DNA of 64,000 bases, taken from the NCBI GenBank assembly GCA_016927185.1, contig JAFGND010000060.1, positions 36,035 to 100,034 on the forward strand, in the 5' to 3' direction. The position numbers and the translations under genes are program-made. Each line of letters begins with the position of its first letter. Position 1 is the first letter of the stretch. Source of the DNA: Candidatus Coatesbacteria bacterium (GTDB lineage: Bacteria; JAFGND01). Positions 13,760 through 24,325 of this stretch are shown here, piece after piece. The notes under the pieces are model-generated. The model did not search any database. It saw nothing but the letters and a program-made list of their open reading frames with translations, and was not told the origin of the DNA.

Positions 13760-14092
13760 TTACAAAGAAATGACTGTATCTGATTCAAGAAGAATCTTTG
13801 ATATTTCTCTCATGTTGGAAATAGTTCCGATTTCAATCTTGTCTTTAAGATCAAAGAAAACCAGACAAGTTCCGCAGCAGAGTATTTTCACTCCCTTTCC
13901 TTCCAGTTTTTTTAAAGGCTCAACGGTTGATTCTCCCCTTAAAGCAAGTTTTACTCCTTTATTCATCAAGATTATTGTGTCTGGAATTTTATCAAACTCA
14001 AGAATTGTATTGAAAAAATTAAAAATTAATTTTGTTCCTAAATCCTCGTTATCTGGACCAATCTTATTATCATGACAGAAAATTGTCTTCAC
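13760..14092 (-). CDS. DsrE-like / YedF C-terminal-domain-like small protein
   Basis: ILMNKGVKLA...LCCGTCLVFFDLKDKIEIGTISNMREI is present. It shares a 1-nt overlap with the downstream radical SAM gene. Confidence 0.5.
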   Translation of the reverse strand: MKTIFCHDNKIGPDNEDLGTKLIFNFFNTILEFDKIPDTIILMNKGVKLALRGESTVEPLKKLEGKGVKILCCGTCLVFFDLKDKIEIGTISNMREISKILLESDTVISL

Positions 14093-14282
14093 AATTACCC
14101 CTTTCTTTTCTGCAAAGGATTGGAATTATTGGTAATCAGTCAATGAAATAAGGATAAATTGGATTTCAGTCATAAAATGTTGTAAATGAATAAATTAGAC
14201 GTTTTCAATAAAAATTAAAACAGGAAATTTCTATAACTATTTAAAAGAAAAAGCTTTACAAAAAAGATGGTTATTTCTTTTT

Positions 14283-14777
14283 TTGAATTACATGAAAATT
14301 ATGGTATTAATTATTCTTCTTCTGGCAACTACCTGCTTAATTTCGGCTAATGTAAAATATTATGCCCATCTTGGTATTCCTGCAGATTTGAAGCAACTTT
14401 ACAGCAAAGGTTTTAACCTCAGGAACCAGTTGAAAAAGAATAGCAAAAAGGCTTCTTATAAGTGCGTTTTAGATAAGAATGGAATTATAAGGGAAATAGT
14501 ATTCACTGGGAAAAAAACCAAAAAAATAAAATACGCAAAAATAAGAATTTCTTACAAGAAGGGAAAAATAGACAATATACTTTTCTTGAATTCAAGTGGT
14601 AAGCCAGTTGATGCTGGTCCTCAGAATTATGCAAAACTAATGTTCTTGAAAAAGAAAGGTAAATTGGTAGTATTGAAATATAGAGCTAGAAACATAAAGA
14701 AAAAGAAATCCCAGAAAACAGAAAGTATTTTCAACATAAATAGTGAATCAATAAATAACTGCAAAGGCGGAACTTGA
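14283..14777 (+). CDS. Hypothetical lysine-rich secreted protein
   Basis: There is a signal-like N-terminus (MKIMVLIILLLATTCLISA). The true start is probably the ATG at 14292. Confidence 0.4.
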   Translation: MNYMKIMVLIILLLATTCLISANVKYYAHLGIPADLKQLYSKGFNLRNQLKKNSKKASYKCVLDKNGIIREIVFTGKKTKKIKYAKIRISYKKGKIDNILFLNSSGKPVDAGPQNYAKLMFLKKKGKLVVLKYRARNIKKKKSQKTESIFNINSESINNCKGGT

Positions 14778-14795
14778 GGTTATTAGAGCTTTAGG

Positions 14796-15638
14796 TTAAA
14801 GCTCTTCATTCGTTTTTATAACTATCTTATGAATTGCAGTTAATTGTTCCAGTAACCATCTCAATTTATTCAAGTGAAGCATTGATGAAGCATCGCATAA
14901 TGCATTATAGGGTTCCGGATGAGTTTCAATAAAAATTCCCTGAACACCTGATGCTACTCCAGCTCTTGCAAGCAAGGGAATAAATTCGGGTTGTCCTCCC
15001 TTGGGGTCATGACTCGAGTATCCATAAATCCTTAAAGAATGAGTAACATCATAAATAACAGGATAACCCAGATCAGCCATTATTTTCAATGCCCTGAAAT
15101 CATTTATCAGTGTTCTGTAACCAAAACATGAACCTCTTTCAGTGAGAAGTATTTTTTTGCAATCTACTGATTCTGCTTTCTCTATTGCATTTGCCATATC
15201 CTCGGGTGCAGAGAATTGACCCTTTTTTATATTGATAGGTTTTCCGGTTCCAGCGGCTTTTATTATCAGTCTTGTCTGCTGGGATAAATATGCGGGAATC
15301 TGAATACAATCAAGATATCTGCTTGCAAGATCTATTTCATCTCTGCAATGAACATCAGAAAGAACGGGAACATTTACCTCCTTCTTGACCTTGCCAAGAA
15401 TCTTCAATCCCTTTTCAAGCCCTGGGCCTTGATATCCATAGGATTTGGAACGATTATCTTTCAAATAACTTGATTTGAAAATAAACGGTATATTTAAATC
15501 CTTTGTTATAAGATCTATTTCCTTTGCTGTCTCAATAACCACTCCTTCATCTTCTATTACACATGGACCAGCTATTAATACAAGAGGCTTGTTCAGGCCA
15601 ATAATAACATTTCCGACATGGACATCTCTCATATTCAA
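14796..15638 (-). CDS. kdsA: 3-deoxy-8-phosphooctulonate (KDO-8-P) synthase
   Basis: LIAGPCVIEDE, YDVTHSL and GIFIETHPEP are present. The 280-aa length fits. Confidence 0.9.
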   Translation of the reverse strand: MNMRDVHVGNVIIGLNKPLVLIAGPCVIEDEGVVIETAKEIDLITKDLNIPFIFKSSYLKDNRSKSYGYQGPGLEKGLKILGKVKKEVNVPVLSDVHCRDEIDLASRYLDCIQIPAYLSQQTRLIIKAAGTGKPINIKKGQFSAPEDMANAIEKAESVDCKKILLTERGSCFGYRTLINDFRALKIMADLGYPVIYDVTHSLRIYGYSSHDPKGGQPEFIPLLARAGVASGVQGIFIETHPEPYNALCDASSMLHLNKLRWLLEQLTAIHKIVIKTNEEL

Positions 15639-17023
15639 ACCTCCAGTATCTTTTTTGCTGTAATTAATAGAAAATCAAGATTTTCCTCTTTCCTGGCTTC
15701 TCCAATTATTCTTATTATCGGTTCAGTATTTGACGGTCTGATATGAATCCATTTATCAGGCCAGTCAAATCTGTAACCATCCTCTTTATTGACAGTACTG
15801 CCAGCAAAAACTTCCATTAATTCATCAATTCTCTCTTTTATTATCTCTGCCTGAGCATTAAACCTGGTCTTTTTCATATAGTATTTCGGTATTGTTTCAA
15901 TCATAGAAGAAAGCTTGATATCCTTCTCAGCAAGTAAATTCAATATCAACGCTATCCCGATACTTGCATCTCTTGTAGGATTTATATTTCTGTAAATGAT
16001 TCCTCCATTTCCTTCCCCGCCAAACAAAACATTCTCTCTTTTCATCCTTTCAACAACATTTGCTTCTCCAACTGGGGTTCTAAGTAATTTTACACCATTC
16101 AATGAACAGATATCATCAAGCATTCTTGAACTTGAAAGATTGGTTACTATATCTGACTTCATCCTTTTTAAGAAAAGCATGCTGGAAAGAACCAGGGAAT
16201 ACTCTTCACCTACTGCATTTCCCTTTTCATCAATCAATGCAAGCCTGTCTGCATCGGGATCGGTTGCAAATCCAATATCGGCATTATTTTCAACTACCTT
16301 TTTGCATAATACTGATAGATTCTCAGGAACTGGCTCTGGATTTCTGCTGAAGATACCATTCATTTCTTCATTAATCATTATCACTTCGCATCCAAGTTTT
16401 TGAAGCAGTTCCTTGTTGATTTTCGAACCAGCACCATTCCCTGGATCATAAACAACCCGTAATCCTCTTTGTTTTATAACTCCTTTATCAATAATATCAG
16501 AAGATAATATTCCTTCTATATGGTTTCTATATGCTTCATGGTCTTCCCTGAAATTTCCTATTCGATTATAATTCTCCCATTCATTTGTTGATGATTTTTC
16601 TATAAGGAACTTTATATCATCTTTCAAAATGAAAGTCCCATCACAGGAATAGAATTTGAGAGCATTCCATTCAATCGGATTATGGCTTGCAGTTATAACA
16701 ATTCCTCCTGCAGCATCTGAATTTTTTATATTATATCCAACAGAAGGAGTTGGAAGTATTCCAAGAGATATTACATCGCATCCTGATCCCATAAGTCCAG
16801 CAATGGCAGCATTTTCAAGCATTTTACCTGTTATTCTGGAATCTCTGCCAATAAGGATTTTAGGTTTCGCTCCATGATTCCTTATGCAGAGTTTTCCAAA
16901 GCCATAGGCAAATCTGAGAACAATCTCTGGATTAAGGTTTTGGCCTACAATCCCTCTTATTCCGCTTACTGACGTCATCAATTCATTTTGTTTCATAAAT
17001 AATTCCTTCAGATAAAATGTCAA
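15635..17023 (-). CDS. Phosphoglucomutase/phosphomannomutase-family phosphohexose mutase
   Basis: The active-site loop ITASHNPIEWNALKF is present, with the metal loop GFATDPDADRLAL and the sugar loop GGEGNGG. The start may be the internal MKQNEL (16996). Confidence 0.85.
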   Translation of the reverse strand: MTFYLKELFMKQNELMTSVSGIRGIVGQNLNPEIVLRFAYGFGKLCIRNHGAKPKILIGRDSRITGKMLENAAIAGLMGSGCDVISLGILPTPSVGYNIKNSDAAGGIVITASHNPIEWNALKFYSCDGTFILKDDIKFLIEKSSTNEWENYNRIGNFREDHEAYRNHIEGILSSDIIDKGVIKQRGLRVVYDPGNGAGSKINKELLQKLGCEVIMINEEMNGIFSRNPEPVPENLSVLCKKVVENNADIGFATDPDADRLALIDEKGNAVGEEYSLVLSSMLFLKRMKSDIVTNLSSSRMLDDICSLNGVKLLRTPVGEANVVERMKRENVLFGGEGNGGIIYRNINPTRDASIGIALILNLLAEKDIKLSSMIETIPKYYMKKTRFNAQAEIIKERIDELMEVFAGSTVNKEDGYRFDWPDKWIHIRPSNTEPIIRIIGEARKEENLDFLLITAKKILEV

Positions 17024-17131
17024 ATACCTAAGGTTTGTTGCAAGTTAAAACTAAAAATTATACCTGATTCAAGGCAACTTGACAAAGAACCCCTATTTTT
17101 ATTAGTTAACTTGAAAAATATAAGGAGATTT

Positions 17132-17878
17132 ATGAAAAAGTGTTTCTTGATTTTCTTCTCTATCATATATATAGTATTTTTCTCCTGTTCAGATGATGTA
17201 ACAAATGATGATAATACTGGAACTGGGACTGGAACCAGTACAGGATATAATAAACCTCCTTCCCTGACGATAAAGAAACCTTCAGGAGAAAATGATATTG
17301 CATTTGCAAAATATACTATAAGCTGGGCTTACTGGGATCTTGATAGTTCTGATACTTTGAAATTGAATCTATATTATGATACTGACAGGGATTATAGTTC
17401 ATTTAGTGGAATCATCGCAGAAAATATTGATCCCAAGGACGGCAGCTATATATGGTCTCTGGAAAATGTTGCCCTGGGAGATTATTATATATTGGGAGTA
17501 ATCACAGATAAGCAGAATATAGTCAGAGCTTACAGTGAGGGCTACCTTACGTTAACTGATGATCCAAGACCATTGATAGAAGTAACAAAACCTGATAGTG
17601 CTGGAGCAAGCGCTTCTGATTTCTATACAATTGAATGGGTTTCTAAAAGTCCTGCAGGAAGCAGTCTCAAGTTTGATTTATATTATGATACAGACACTAC
17701 AAGTTCAAATGGGGTTATTGGAACTATAGCAGAGAATCTTCCTGATTCAACCTATTATAAATGGGATGTAAGCGATGTTCATAGTGGAACATACTATATC
17801 AAGATAACTGCTAAAGATACTCTGGGGAATTCAGTTTACGATTATAGTGAAGGAGCAATAAGAGTAGGGCAGTTTTAA
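17132..17878 (+). CDS. Lipoprotein with a Gly/Thr-rich linker and two repeats of a roughly 90-aa beta-sandwich-like module
   Basis: An AAGGAG RBS precedes the ATG at 17132. The lipobox is FFSC, followed by the linker TGTGTGTSTG. Repeated blocks are YTISW...LYYDTD and YTIEW...LYYDTD. Confidence 0.6.
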   Translation: MKKCFLIFFSIIYIVFFSCSDDVTNDDNTGTGTGTSTGYNKPPSLTIKKPSGENDIAFAKYTISWAYWDLDSSDTLKLNLYYDTDRDYSSFSGIIAENIDPKDGSYIWSLENVALGDYYILGVITDKQNIVRAYSEGYLTLTDDPRPLIEVTKPDSAGASASDFYTIEWVSKSPAGSSLKFDLYYDTDTTSSNGVIGTIAENLPDSTYYKWDVSDVHSGTYYIKITAKDTLGNSVYDYSEGAIRVGQF

Positions 17879-17933
17879 GGTTTTTACCAGTATTTAATTC
17901 AGCATTTGCCCTCTTATGGATAAGGCGGAGCAT

Positions 17934-19382
17934 ATGAAAAGAACTGGTTTGCTTTTTTATTTTTATTTCCTGATCCTTGCTTTTTCATGTGGAGATGACG
18001 CTACTGATAATGGTGATAACACAGGTTCAGGAACATCTACAAGTACAAGTACGGGAACAGGAACTGGAACAAGCACTGGTGAAAATCTCTCAATAACTAT
18101 CACTAATCCACCTGAGGAAGGGGCATATACTGATAGATATTTCACTATTGAATGGAGTTACACAAAACCAGATGGGACTTCTCCTTTAGTTAGCTTGTAT
18201 TATGATAATGACACAATTCAGGGAGGAGAAACAAAGATAAAGGATCAAATTGCTGTTCAAGTAAAATGTTACAAATGGGATACTTCAGGTTTACCGGATC
18301 ATACCTCTATTTACATATTAGCAATAATAGATGATCTAGGTGTGAAATGCAACTTGAAAGAAATCAAACAAAGTTTATACAAGCGAAGCAGACTTAGATC
18401 GGAGAATATCGGAAAAAATATGACATTAAATATGGATTATTCTGAAGGCACAGTAAATATTGACAGAACAGGATTGATAAGAACATTTAATGGCCACGAA
18501 AGCAAGGTGAATTCAGTTTCCATCTCTCCAGATGGTAATTATGCTTTGTCAGGAGCAGGTGAATATTATTATGGGTACAATGTTCTTAAGTACTGGAGAA
18601 TATCAAACGGAACATGTCTTAGAACTTTTTCCGGTCATTCAAATGTAGTTAATTCTGTTTGCTTTTCACCTGATGGTCAATATGCTTTATCTGGAGCTGG
18701 ATATTATTCGGGAGTATCAGATAATACGATAAAGTACTGGAGAATATCAGATGGAATATGCATTAGAACTCTTTCAGGTCATTCTGATGCAGTCAATTCT
18801 GTTTGTTTTTCTCCAGATGGTAAATATGCTCTATCTGGAAGCAGCGATAGGACTTTGAAATTGTGGGATTTAAAAACTGGAATGCTAATCAGGACATTTT
18901 CTGGACACAGCAATAATGTTTCTTCTGTTTGCATTTTAAGAGATGGGCAATATGCTTTATCTGCTGGCTGGGATAACAAGGAAATATACTGGAGAGTATC
19001 TGATGGACAAAGAATAAGAGAGTTCAGCGGACACGAGAGTTGTGTCACATCAGTTTGTATATCCACTGATGGAGAATATGCGTTATCTGGAAGTTATGAC
19101 AATACTTTAAGATACTTTAATCTTGCGGATGGAACTAGTATATTTACTTTTAATGGACATGATGGTGCAGTCAATTCTGTTTGTATATCTCCTGATGGTA
19201 AATATGCAGTTTCAGCAAGCATGGACAAGACAATCAGGTATTGGGATATATCAACTGGCAATTGTGTAAGAACATATAGAGGGCATAGCAGCAATATCTC
19301 TTCAGTATCAATCACGCCAGATGGGAAATTCGCCTTAAGCGGAAGCTGGGATAGGACACTTAAATACTGGAGATTATTCTAA
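17934..19382 (+). CDS. WD40-repeat lipoprotein sharing its N-terminal module with the upstream gene
   Basis: The lipobox is AFSC, followed by the linker TGSGTSTSTSTGTGTGTSTG and one FTIEW...LYYDND module. At least 7 WD40-type repeats follow (GH..xVNSVCFSPDGxYALSG...W). Confidence 0.75.
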   Translation: MKRTGLLFYFYFLILAFSCGDDATDNGDNTGSGTSTSTSTGTGTGTSTGENLSITITNPPEEGAYTDRYFTIEWSYTKPDGTSPLVSLYYDNDTIQGGETKIKDQIAVQVKCYKWDTSGLPDHTSIYILAIIDDLGVKCNLKEIKQSLYKRSRLRSENIGKNMTLNMDYSEGTVNIDRTGLIRTFNGHESKVNSVSISPDGNYALSGAGEYYYGYNVLKYWRISNGTCLRTFSGHSNVVNSVCFSPDGQYALSGAGYYSGVSDNTIKYWRISDGICIRTLSGHSDAVNSVCFSPDGKYALSGSSDRTLKLWDLKTGMLIRTFSGHSNNVSSVCILRDGQYALSAGWDNKEIYWRVSDGQRIREFSGHESCVTSVCISTDGEYALSGSYDNTLRYFNLADGTSIFTFNGHDGAVNSVCISPDGKYAVSASMDKTIRYWDISTGNCVRTYRGHSSNISSVSITPDGKFALSGSWDRTLKYWRLF

Positions 19383-19411
19383 TTTCAAGATGAAACTGTT
19401 TCAGTTTTTTA

Positions 19412-20266
19412 TTACTTCTTGTCCAGACCATTACCTTCAAACCAGTCGGTTTTAATATATCTCTTGAGAGCTGAGCGGAATAGGTAATCACGATAATTGC
19501 AGTATCCAGACAGGCATTGATTATGTCCCTGTTTGGTTTCAAGAAAGACTATTCTTGTCTTTGTCAAAACCTTTCTTTGAAGTTCTCCTTCTTTTGCAGT
19601 CTTGAAAGATATACCTTCCTTTTTCAGCAGGTTCATTACTTTTTTGCTTGATGATTTAGTACTTGGACCTATCAAATTCAGATAACGCCTTGCCTTATGC
19701 TCCTTCAGCCATTTTACGAATGTATCTTCCTCACCATATTGGCTGTCAAACATTATCACTTCCCTGATAGGAATTCCACCATTCTTTATTGCATAAGCCA
19801 TTGGTTTATAACCACCTGAATGTGATGAAATAACGATAATTCTGGGATTTATTTTTTTTGCATACTTTTTGTTAACAAGGAATGATCCTGTTTCCAGTAT
19901 GAATTTCTTTAAGCCATCTTTTTTCATGAGTTCACCTGAATTAGAAGATCCATCCAAATTGGGAATTATAAGAATCGCATTCTGTTTGCTTTGAAATAGC
20001 TGTTCTCTTAGTTCATATCCCTTCAATGCATATTCCATTGAGCAATTATGCCCATGAAAATGTATTAAAGCGTCCCACCAGGAAAATTTTTTATAATACT
20101 TTGGAATAAAGATAGCTACTTTATTCATGGAAGATTTGAAAGACCATGGACCAGATTTCAATCTTAATATGTAAGTAGTCCCGAGGTTTGATTTCTGGAC
20201 ACTCAGCTCTTCATATGAATAAAGTAATGTGAATGAAAGGAAAAGAAACAGGATATATTTAAGCAT
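19412..20266 (-). CDS. Hypothetical secreted alpha/beta-hydrolase-like protein
   Basis: There is a signal-like N-terminus and a possible nucleophile elbow (VISSHSGGY). It is the last gene of the coupled minus-strand operon. Confidence 0.35.
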   Translation of the reverse strand: MLKYILFLFLSFTLLYSYEELSVQKSNLGTTYILRLKSGPWSFKSSMNKVAIFIPKYYKKFSWWDALIHFHGHNCSMEYALKGYELREQLFQSKQNAILIIPNLDGSSNSGELMKKDGLKKFILETGSFLVNKKYAKKINPRIIVISSHSGGYKPMAYAIKNGGIPIREVIMFDSQYGEEDTFVKWLKEHKARRYLNLIGPSTKSSSKKVMNLLKKEGISFKTAKEGELQRKVLTKTRIVFLETKQGHNQCLSGYCNYRDYLFRSALKRYIKTDWFEGNGLDKK

Positions 20267-20586
20267 TATTCTTTCTTCAGGATAGGCATCAATGAATTGT
20301 CAATATGAAAAAAAGCAATCAGTTCATTTAATGATTCAACTTTGTTCTCTGGAAACAAACTGACTCTCATATTAGGCGAATTTTTTATACCCTTGAGCAT
20401 AAATGATCCATTTCTGAATACCTTGTAAAAAGGTTTTGGGAACTCAGTATAATATTCAAACTCACCTAATGATGAAAGGGAGTTTATGAAATCATCTTGA
20501 AGTGCTTTCGAGAATATGAAATCAAACAATGTTGTATCCTTGAAACAATCATCAAGAACTTCTATCTTAACTACTGAGATTTTCAT
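20266..20586 (-). CDS. Hypothetical 106-aa protein
   Basis: The ORF has start/stop overlaps on both sides (a 4-nt ATGA upstream and a 1-nt overlap downstream). I recognise no family. Confidence 0.4.
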   Translation of the reverse strand: MKISVVKIEVLDDCFKDTTLFDFIFSKALQDDFINSLSSLGEFEYYTEFPKPFYKVFRNGSFMLKGIKNSPNMRVSLFPENKVESLNELIAFFHIDNSLMPILKKE

Positions 20587-21728
20587 TTCAGTACTGATAT
20601 CTGGTTTAGAGCTTTAATCAATCTTTCAACCTCCTCTTCCGAATTGAAGTAGCTTAATGAAATCCTTGCTGTTCCTATGGGTAGGGTTCCAAGTATTTCA
20701 TGTATCATTGGAGCACAATGAAGACCTGTTCTTATTATTATATTGAATGAATTTGTAAGTACATAACCTATGTCATCAATCAGCCAGTTTTTGATTGCGA
20801 AGGAGATTGTCCCTACACTTTTATCAAGATCATCAGGGCTGTAAAGAATAATTTTTTTGTTATCTTTCATGGCATCAATAAGTATACTTAATAATGCATG
20901 CTTTTTTTCTATAATCTTGCTTATGCCAATTTTCTTTACAAATCTTACTCCTTCAGTCAATCCTACAATTCCTGGAACATTTCTTGTACCAGTTTCATAC
21001 CTGACAGGTATCCTTTCAGGCTGGAATGGATCTTCACTGAGTATACCAGTTCCACCTTGCTTGAAAGGAGGAAAATCAAATCCTTCAGCAATATAAGCAC
21101 CTCCTATACCTCTCGGACCAAACAAAGCCTTGTGGCCAGTAAAAACTAGATAAGCGACTGGAGTTTCTTTGAGTGAGATTTTTATATTTCCTGCAGTCTG
21201 GGAAGCATCAAGCAGCAATGGAACTTTATGTCTGAAAGCTATATCTGAAATCTTCTTGATATCCTGCAAGGCACCAGTAACATTAGAGCCATGATTAATT
21301 ACTACAAGTCTTGTATTATCCTTGAATGCTTTACTGAAATCGTCAATGTCCAGATATCCTCTCTCATCAACCCTGACATAAGTCAGTTCTACTCCATTTC
21401 GCTTGCTTGCAGTATTCAAGGGACGAATGACTGAATTATGTTCTGCGTAAGTACTGATTGCATGATCACCACTTTTGAGTGTCCCATGAATAATCGCATT
21501 CAGAAGCTCAGAAGCATTGCTTCCGAATACTATCCTGTTTGAATCGGGAGCTTCAAATAAAGAGGCAATCTCCTCTCTTGCAATTTTGACTACATCCTTA
21601 GCAGAGGCAATATTCTGCCTGTCTCCAAATACTGGACATTCAGTCAGATTTCTTTTCATTGCTTCAATCACTTCAGGAGGTTTTGGCCAGCTAGTAGCAG
21701 CGTTATTGAAATAAATGTAGTTTTCCAT
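20583..21728 (-). CDS. Class V aminotransferase / cysteine desulfurase-family PLP enzyme
   Basis: The PLP-lysine context FTGHKALFGPRGIGGAYI and HGSNVTGA are present. The 381-aa length fits. Confidence 0.8.
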   Translation of the reverse strand: MENYIYFNNAATSWPKPPEVIEAMKRNLTECPVFGDRQNIASAKDVVKIAREEIASLFEAPDSNRIVFGSNASELLNAIIHGTLKSGDHAISTYAEHNSVIRPLNTASKRNGVELTYVRVDERGYLDIDDFSKAFKDNTRLVVINHGSNVTGALQDIKKISDIAFRHKVPLLLDASQTAGNIKISLKETPVAYLVFTGHKALFGPRGIGGAYIAEGFDFPPFKQGGTGILSEDPFQPERIPVRYETGTRNVPGIVGLTEGVRFVKKIGISKIIEKKHALLSILIDAMKDNKKIILYSPDDLDKSVGTISFAIKNWLIDDIGYVLTNSFNIIIRTGLHCAPMIHEILGTLPIGTARISLSYFNSEEEVERLIKALNQISVLK

Positions 21729-23140
21729 TATTCAGTAAAATCATCCATTTCCAGGTCTTTATAATAGCTTTCCTTGAAGATCTTGTTTTTGTTGTTAAGC
21801 TTTTCAATCTCTTCATCAATCTGAGTTTGTGATTCTATTTCAATATCTGTATAGCTTTGTTTTCGCGGCTTAATGTAGTTTGAAAGAATACCTTTCTTGG
21901 GTTCTGTTTCCGTTTCCTCACTCTTTATGGTCTTTTCTCTCTTTATATAGGGTGAATTATCTAACGAATATCCATCCTTCTTTAGTTTGTTCACAGCATA
22001 ATCAAATGAAATATTGATTATGGGCTTGAGATTTTCAAGCTGATCTCTTCTTGTAATATTGAATTCCATATCTCCTGAGCCCCAATGCTTTATTTTAATA
22101 ACGTTCCTTATAAAAGGAGGTTTGTTTTGGATGGCATCCCACGGAAGGTTTATCCATCCCCTTAGTTTGTTTGTATGAATATGAAGGCTTGCGAAAAGGA
22201 GTTGTTCAATTTCCCAGGTTATATACAATGCCCTGTATGTCTTGTATATTGCTTTATTAAGGCTGAGACAATACCTATCCATTTCTTTGTATAATTCCAC
22301 AATAGAGTGTTTTCTCTTGCTTGTATGATGGTTTTCGTCATACATTTTTCTCGCTCGAGTTCTCATATATACATGTTCTTCTGGATGACTTTCCTCTATG
22401 TAATGTAATTTTGGTTCACCTAAAGGTTTCTTGATAAGAGAAGGTTCCTTTTTTGATATAAGAGTTGCAACAGTCTCCTCCTTTGCAACATTCCATATTC
22501 TAATAAGACTCTCCTTTATTCTTTCATCTGACAGCTTTATTCCCTGTAGATTTACTTTTATGCTTTCCATAAGGAAATCAGGAGGATTTTTCATGATCTT
22601 GTTTACTGATCTTCTGATTCTGCTATCAGTGAATAAACGTTCCCAAATCTTGTCCAGTTCGCCTTTCTGCATTTCCCTTTTTGAGAATGGCCATAAAAGC
22701 GAAGCTGGTTTGTTTAAATCCTGATCAGCAGCATTATAGTATACTTCATAAAGCAACCTATCAAGTACAGGGCAGCTTTCAAGACTGCTGTAGAATTTCC
22801 AGATCACGCCATTAGTTATTGCACACCATTTTACATTGCTTGCTGCAGTATCCTGTACAACCTGTGTTATGAATGCAGGATCATTTATTGGGCTATCAAG
22901 AGGTACTGCCATTATGAAAAGCAGATTTCTTCCTTTGTCACGCAGGGCGTAACTCATTGTTCTTCCGCCGCCAATGGGAATTTCTACCCGAACTTGTTCA
23001 GGATCATGGATGTCCCAGCCCAGAGTAGATAGAATTGGATCAATAAAGACAATTCTTGTCTGCATTACACTCATTTTTTCGCGCCAATACTTACTCCACT
23101 TCTCTCTCAATTCCTCTAATTTTGCTACTAGTTCTTCCAT
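21728..23140 (-). CDS. HsdR-N-terminal-like (PD-(D/E)xK fold) protein with degenerate catalytic residues and a DUF5655-like C-terminal domain
   Basis: The N-terminus (QTRIVFIDPILSTLGWDI...MSYAL...LLFIMAVPL...WCAITNGVIWKFY) aligns with its neighbour but has S for D and M/V for E/K. The C-terminus has HWGSGDMEFNITRRDQLENL. Confidence 0.5.
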   Translation of the reverse strand: MEELVAKLEELREKWSKYWREKMSVMQTRIVFIDPILSTLGWDIHDPEQVRVEIPIGGGRTMSYALRDKGRNLLFIMAVPLDSPINDPAFITQVVQDTAASNVKWCAITNGVIWKFYSSLESCPVLDRLLYEVYYNAADQDLNKPASLLWPFSKREMQKGELDKIWERLFTDSRIRRSVNKIMKNPPDFLMESIKVNLQGIKLSDERIKESLIRIWNVAKEETVATLISKKEPSLIKKPLGEPKLHYIEESHPEEHVYMRTRARKMYDENHHTSKRKHSIVELYKEMDRYCLSLNKAIYKTYRALYITWEIEQLLFASLHIHTNKLRGWINLPWDAIQNKPPFIRNVIKIKHWGSGDMEFNITRRDQLENLKPIINISFDYAVNKLKKDGYSLDNSPYIKREKTIKSEETETEPKKGILSNYIKPRKQSYTDIEIESQTQIDEEIEKLNNKNKIFKESYYKDLEMDDFTE

Positions 23141-23173
23141 GATTTTTCCTTTCTATATTTTACGTTTGAGTTC

Positions 23174-24322
23174 TTATTTGTTTTTTATTCCATCCCTTAT
23201 TTTATTGTAGGATTGCTTGATCAGTTCTAAAGCAGCTGGTATTTGTTCTATAGAAGTAATATTTAATTCAAGATTACCTCCACCATAATGACCTACTTTT
23301 TTCCCATCAATAACCATAGGTCTTACAAAATCGTATTTGTTAAAGTCAAAATAATCAATATCACTGGTTTCTATCCATATTTTAAGAGATCTTGAATTGC
23401 TTCTGATTTTACCTAAATGAATCCAACAAAAAGCCTTATTTAAATATAACCAATTTATTGTCATTTTAACAGCTTTTTTATTTATTTCATTAAACGATGA
23501 ATTAATAAGTCTATCAAGTTCAAAATAAATACAAATTACCCAATCTGGTTTGCCCTCAAGGTGCATTTCTTCAGTATAGATTGAGTTATCACTTACTTGA
23601 TTAATAGAATCAATAGTAGGTTCTTCAATTTCCTTTTCTTGTTTTTCTGTTATTTGGAGTGCTTTTTTTAATTGCATTCTTTTTATTACTGCTTCTATGT
23701 TCTTATTTTTAATACATTTCACTATTGATTCTGGTAATGATTGATGAATAGCATTAATAAATGCTTTGCTAGGATTTTCCAACAAATATTCAATAGTTTT
23801 TTCTATCTCCTTATCAAAAACTACTTGAGAAATTGTATTGTCAAAATCAGGACTATTCACTTCATCATATAATAATAGTTTTAAATAATCAATTACCTGA
23901 TTAATATCATCATTTATTATATTTATTTCTATTACTATTTTTTCAGGTGCAGGACACAGTTTGCTTGAATCGAATATTTTCCATAGTACTCCGGTTGATA
24001 AAATAAACCACTTATGACCAATATTAGAAGCATAGCTATCTATCTGAGAAATGTCTTTTGGATCATTTAAGGGATTTTTCAAAGCTTTAGCTTCTATGAA
24101 TATCTTAGCTTTATTCTCTATCATTAGTGCATAATCAGCAGTTTTTCCAGCTAATGTAGGGAACTCTAGCCTAACCCTCTTTCTATCATGTATAAACCAG
24201 TTTAATTGGTTGAGTATCCTATCTATAAATATTTGCCTGGTTTCCTGTTCATTTAAACCTTCGTTTTTGTTTTCATGATAGCATTCTCGTAATTCATTTA
24301 TTAATCTTTTCAATTCTTCCAT
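23174..24322 (-). CDS. HsdR-N-terminal-like PD-(D/E)xK protein with intact D/E-x-K residues and a DUF5655-like C-terminal domain
   Basis: ETRQIFIDRILNQLNW...TADYAL...IFIEAKAL...WFILSTGVLWKIF is present. The C-terminus has HYGGGNLELNITSIEQIPAALELI. Confidence 0.55.
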   Translation of the reverse strand: MEELKRLINELRECYHENKNEGLNEQETRQIFIDRILNQLNWFIHDRKRVRLEFPTLAGKTADYALMIENKAKIFIEAKALKNPLNDPKDISQIDSYASNIGHKWFILSTGVLWKIFDSSKLCPAPEKIVIEINIINDDINQVIDYLKLLLYDEVNSPDFDNTISQVVFDKEIEKTIEYLLENPSKAFINAIHQSLPESIVKCIKNKNIEAVIKRMQLKKALQITEKQEKEIEEPTIDSINQVSDNSIYTEEMHLEGKPDWVICIYFELDRLINSSFNEINKKAVKMTINWLYLNKAFCWIHLGKIRSNSRSLKIWIETSDIDYFDFNKYDFVRPMVIDGKKVGHYGGGNLELNITSIEQIPAALELIKQSYNKIRDGIKNK

Positions 24323-24325
24323 CCA

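Noticed and set aside
17190-18090. GT/GA-rich short tandem repeats (ggaactgggactggaacc and similar), considered as a microsatellite or CRISPR-like repeat
   Set aside because: They are in-frame codon repeats encoding Thr/Gly/Ser linkers of two lipoproteins. There is no spacer-repeat periodicity.
19391-19410. Possible bidirectional rho-independent terminator between convergent genes (tgaaac-t-gtttca followed by tttttt)
   Set aside because: The effective stem is only about 4 bp once a sterically possible loop is allowed. That is too weak to call.
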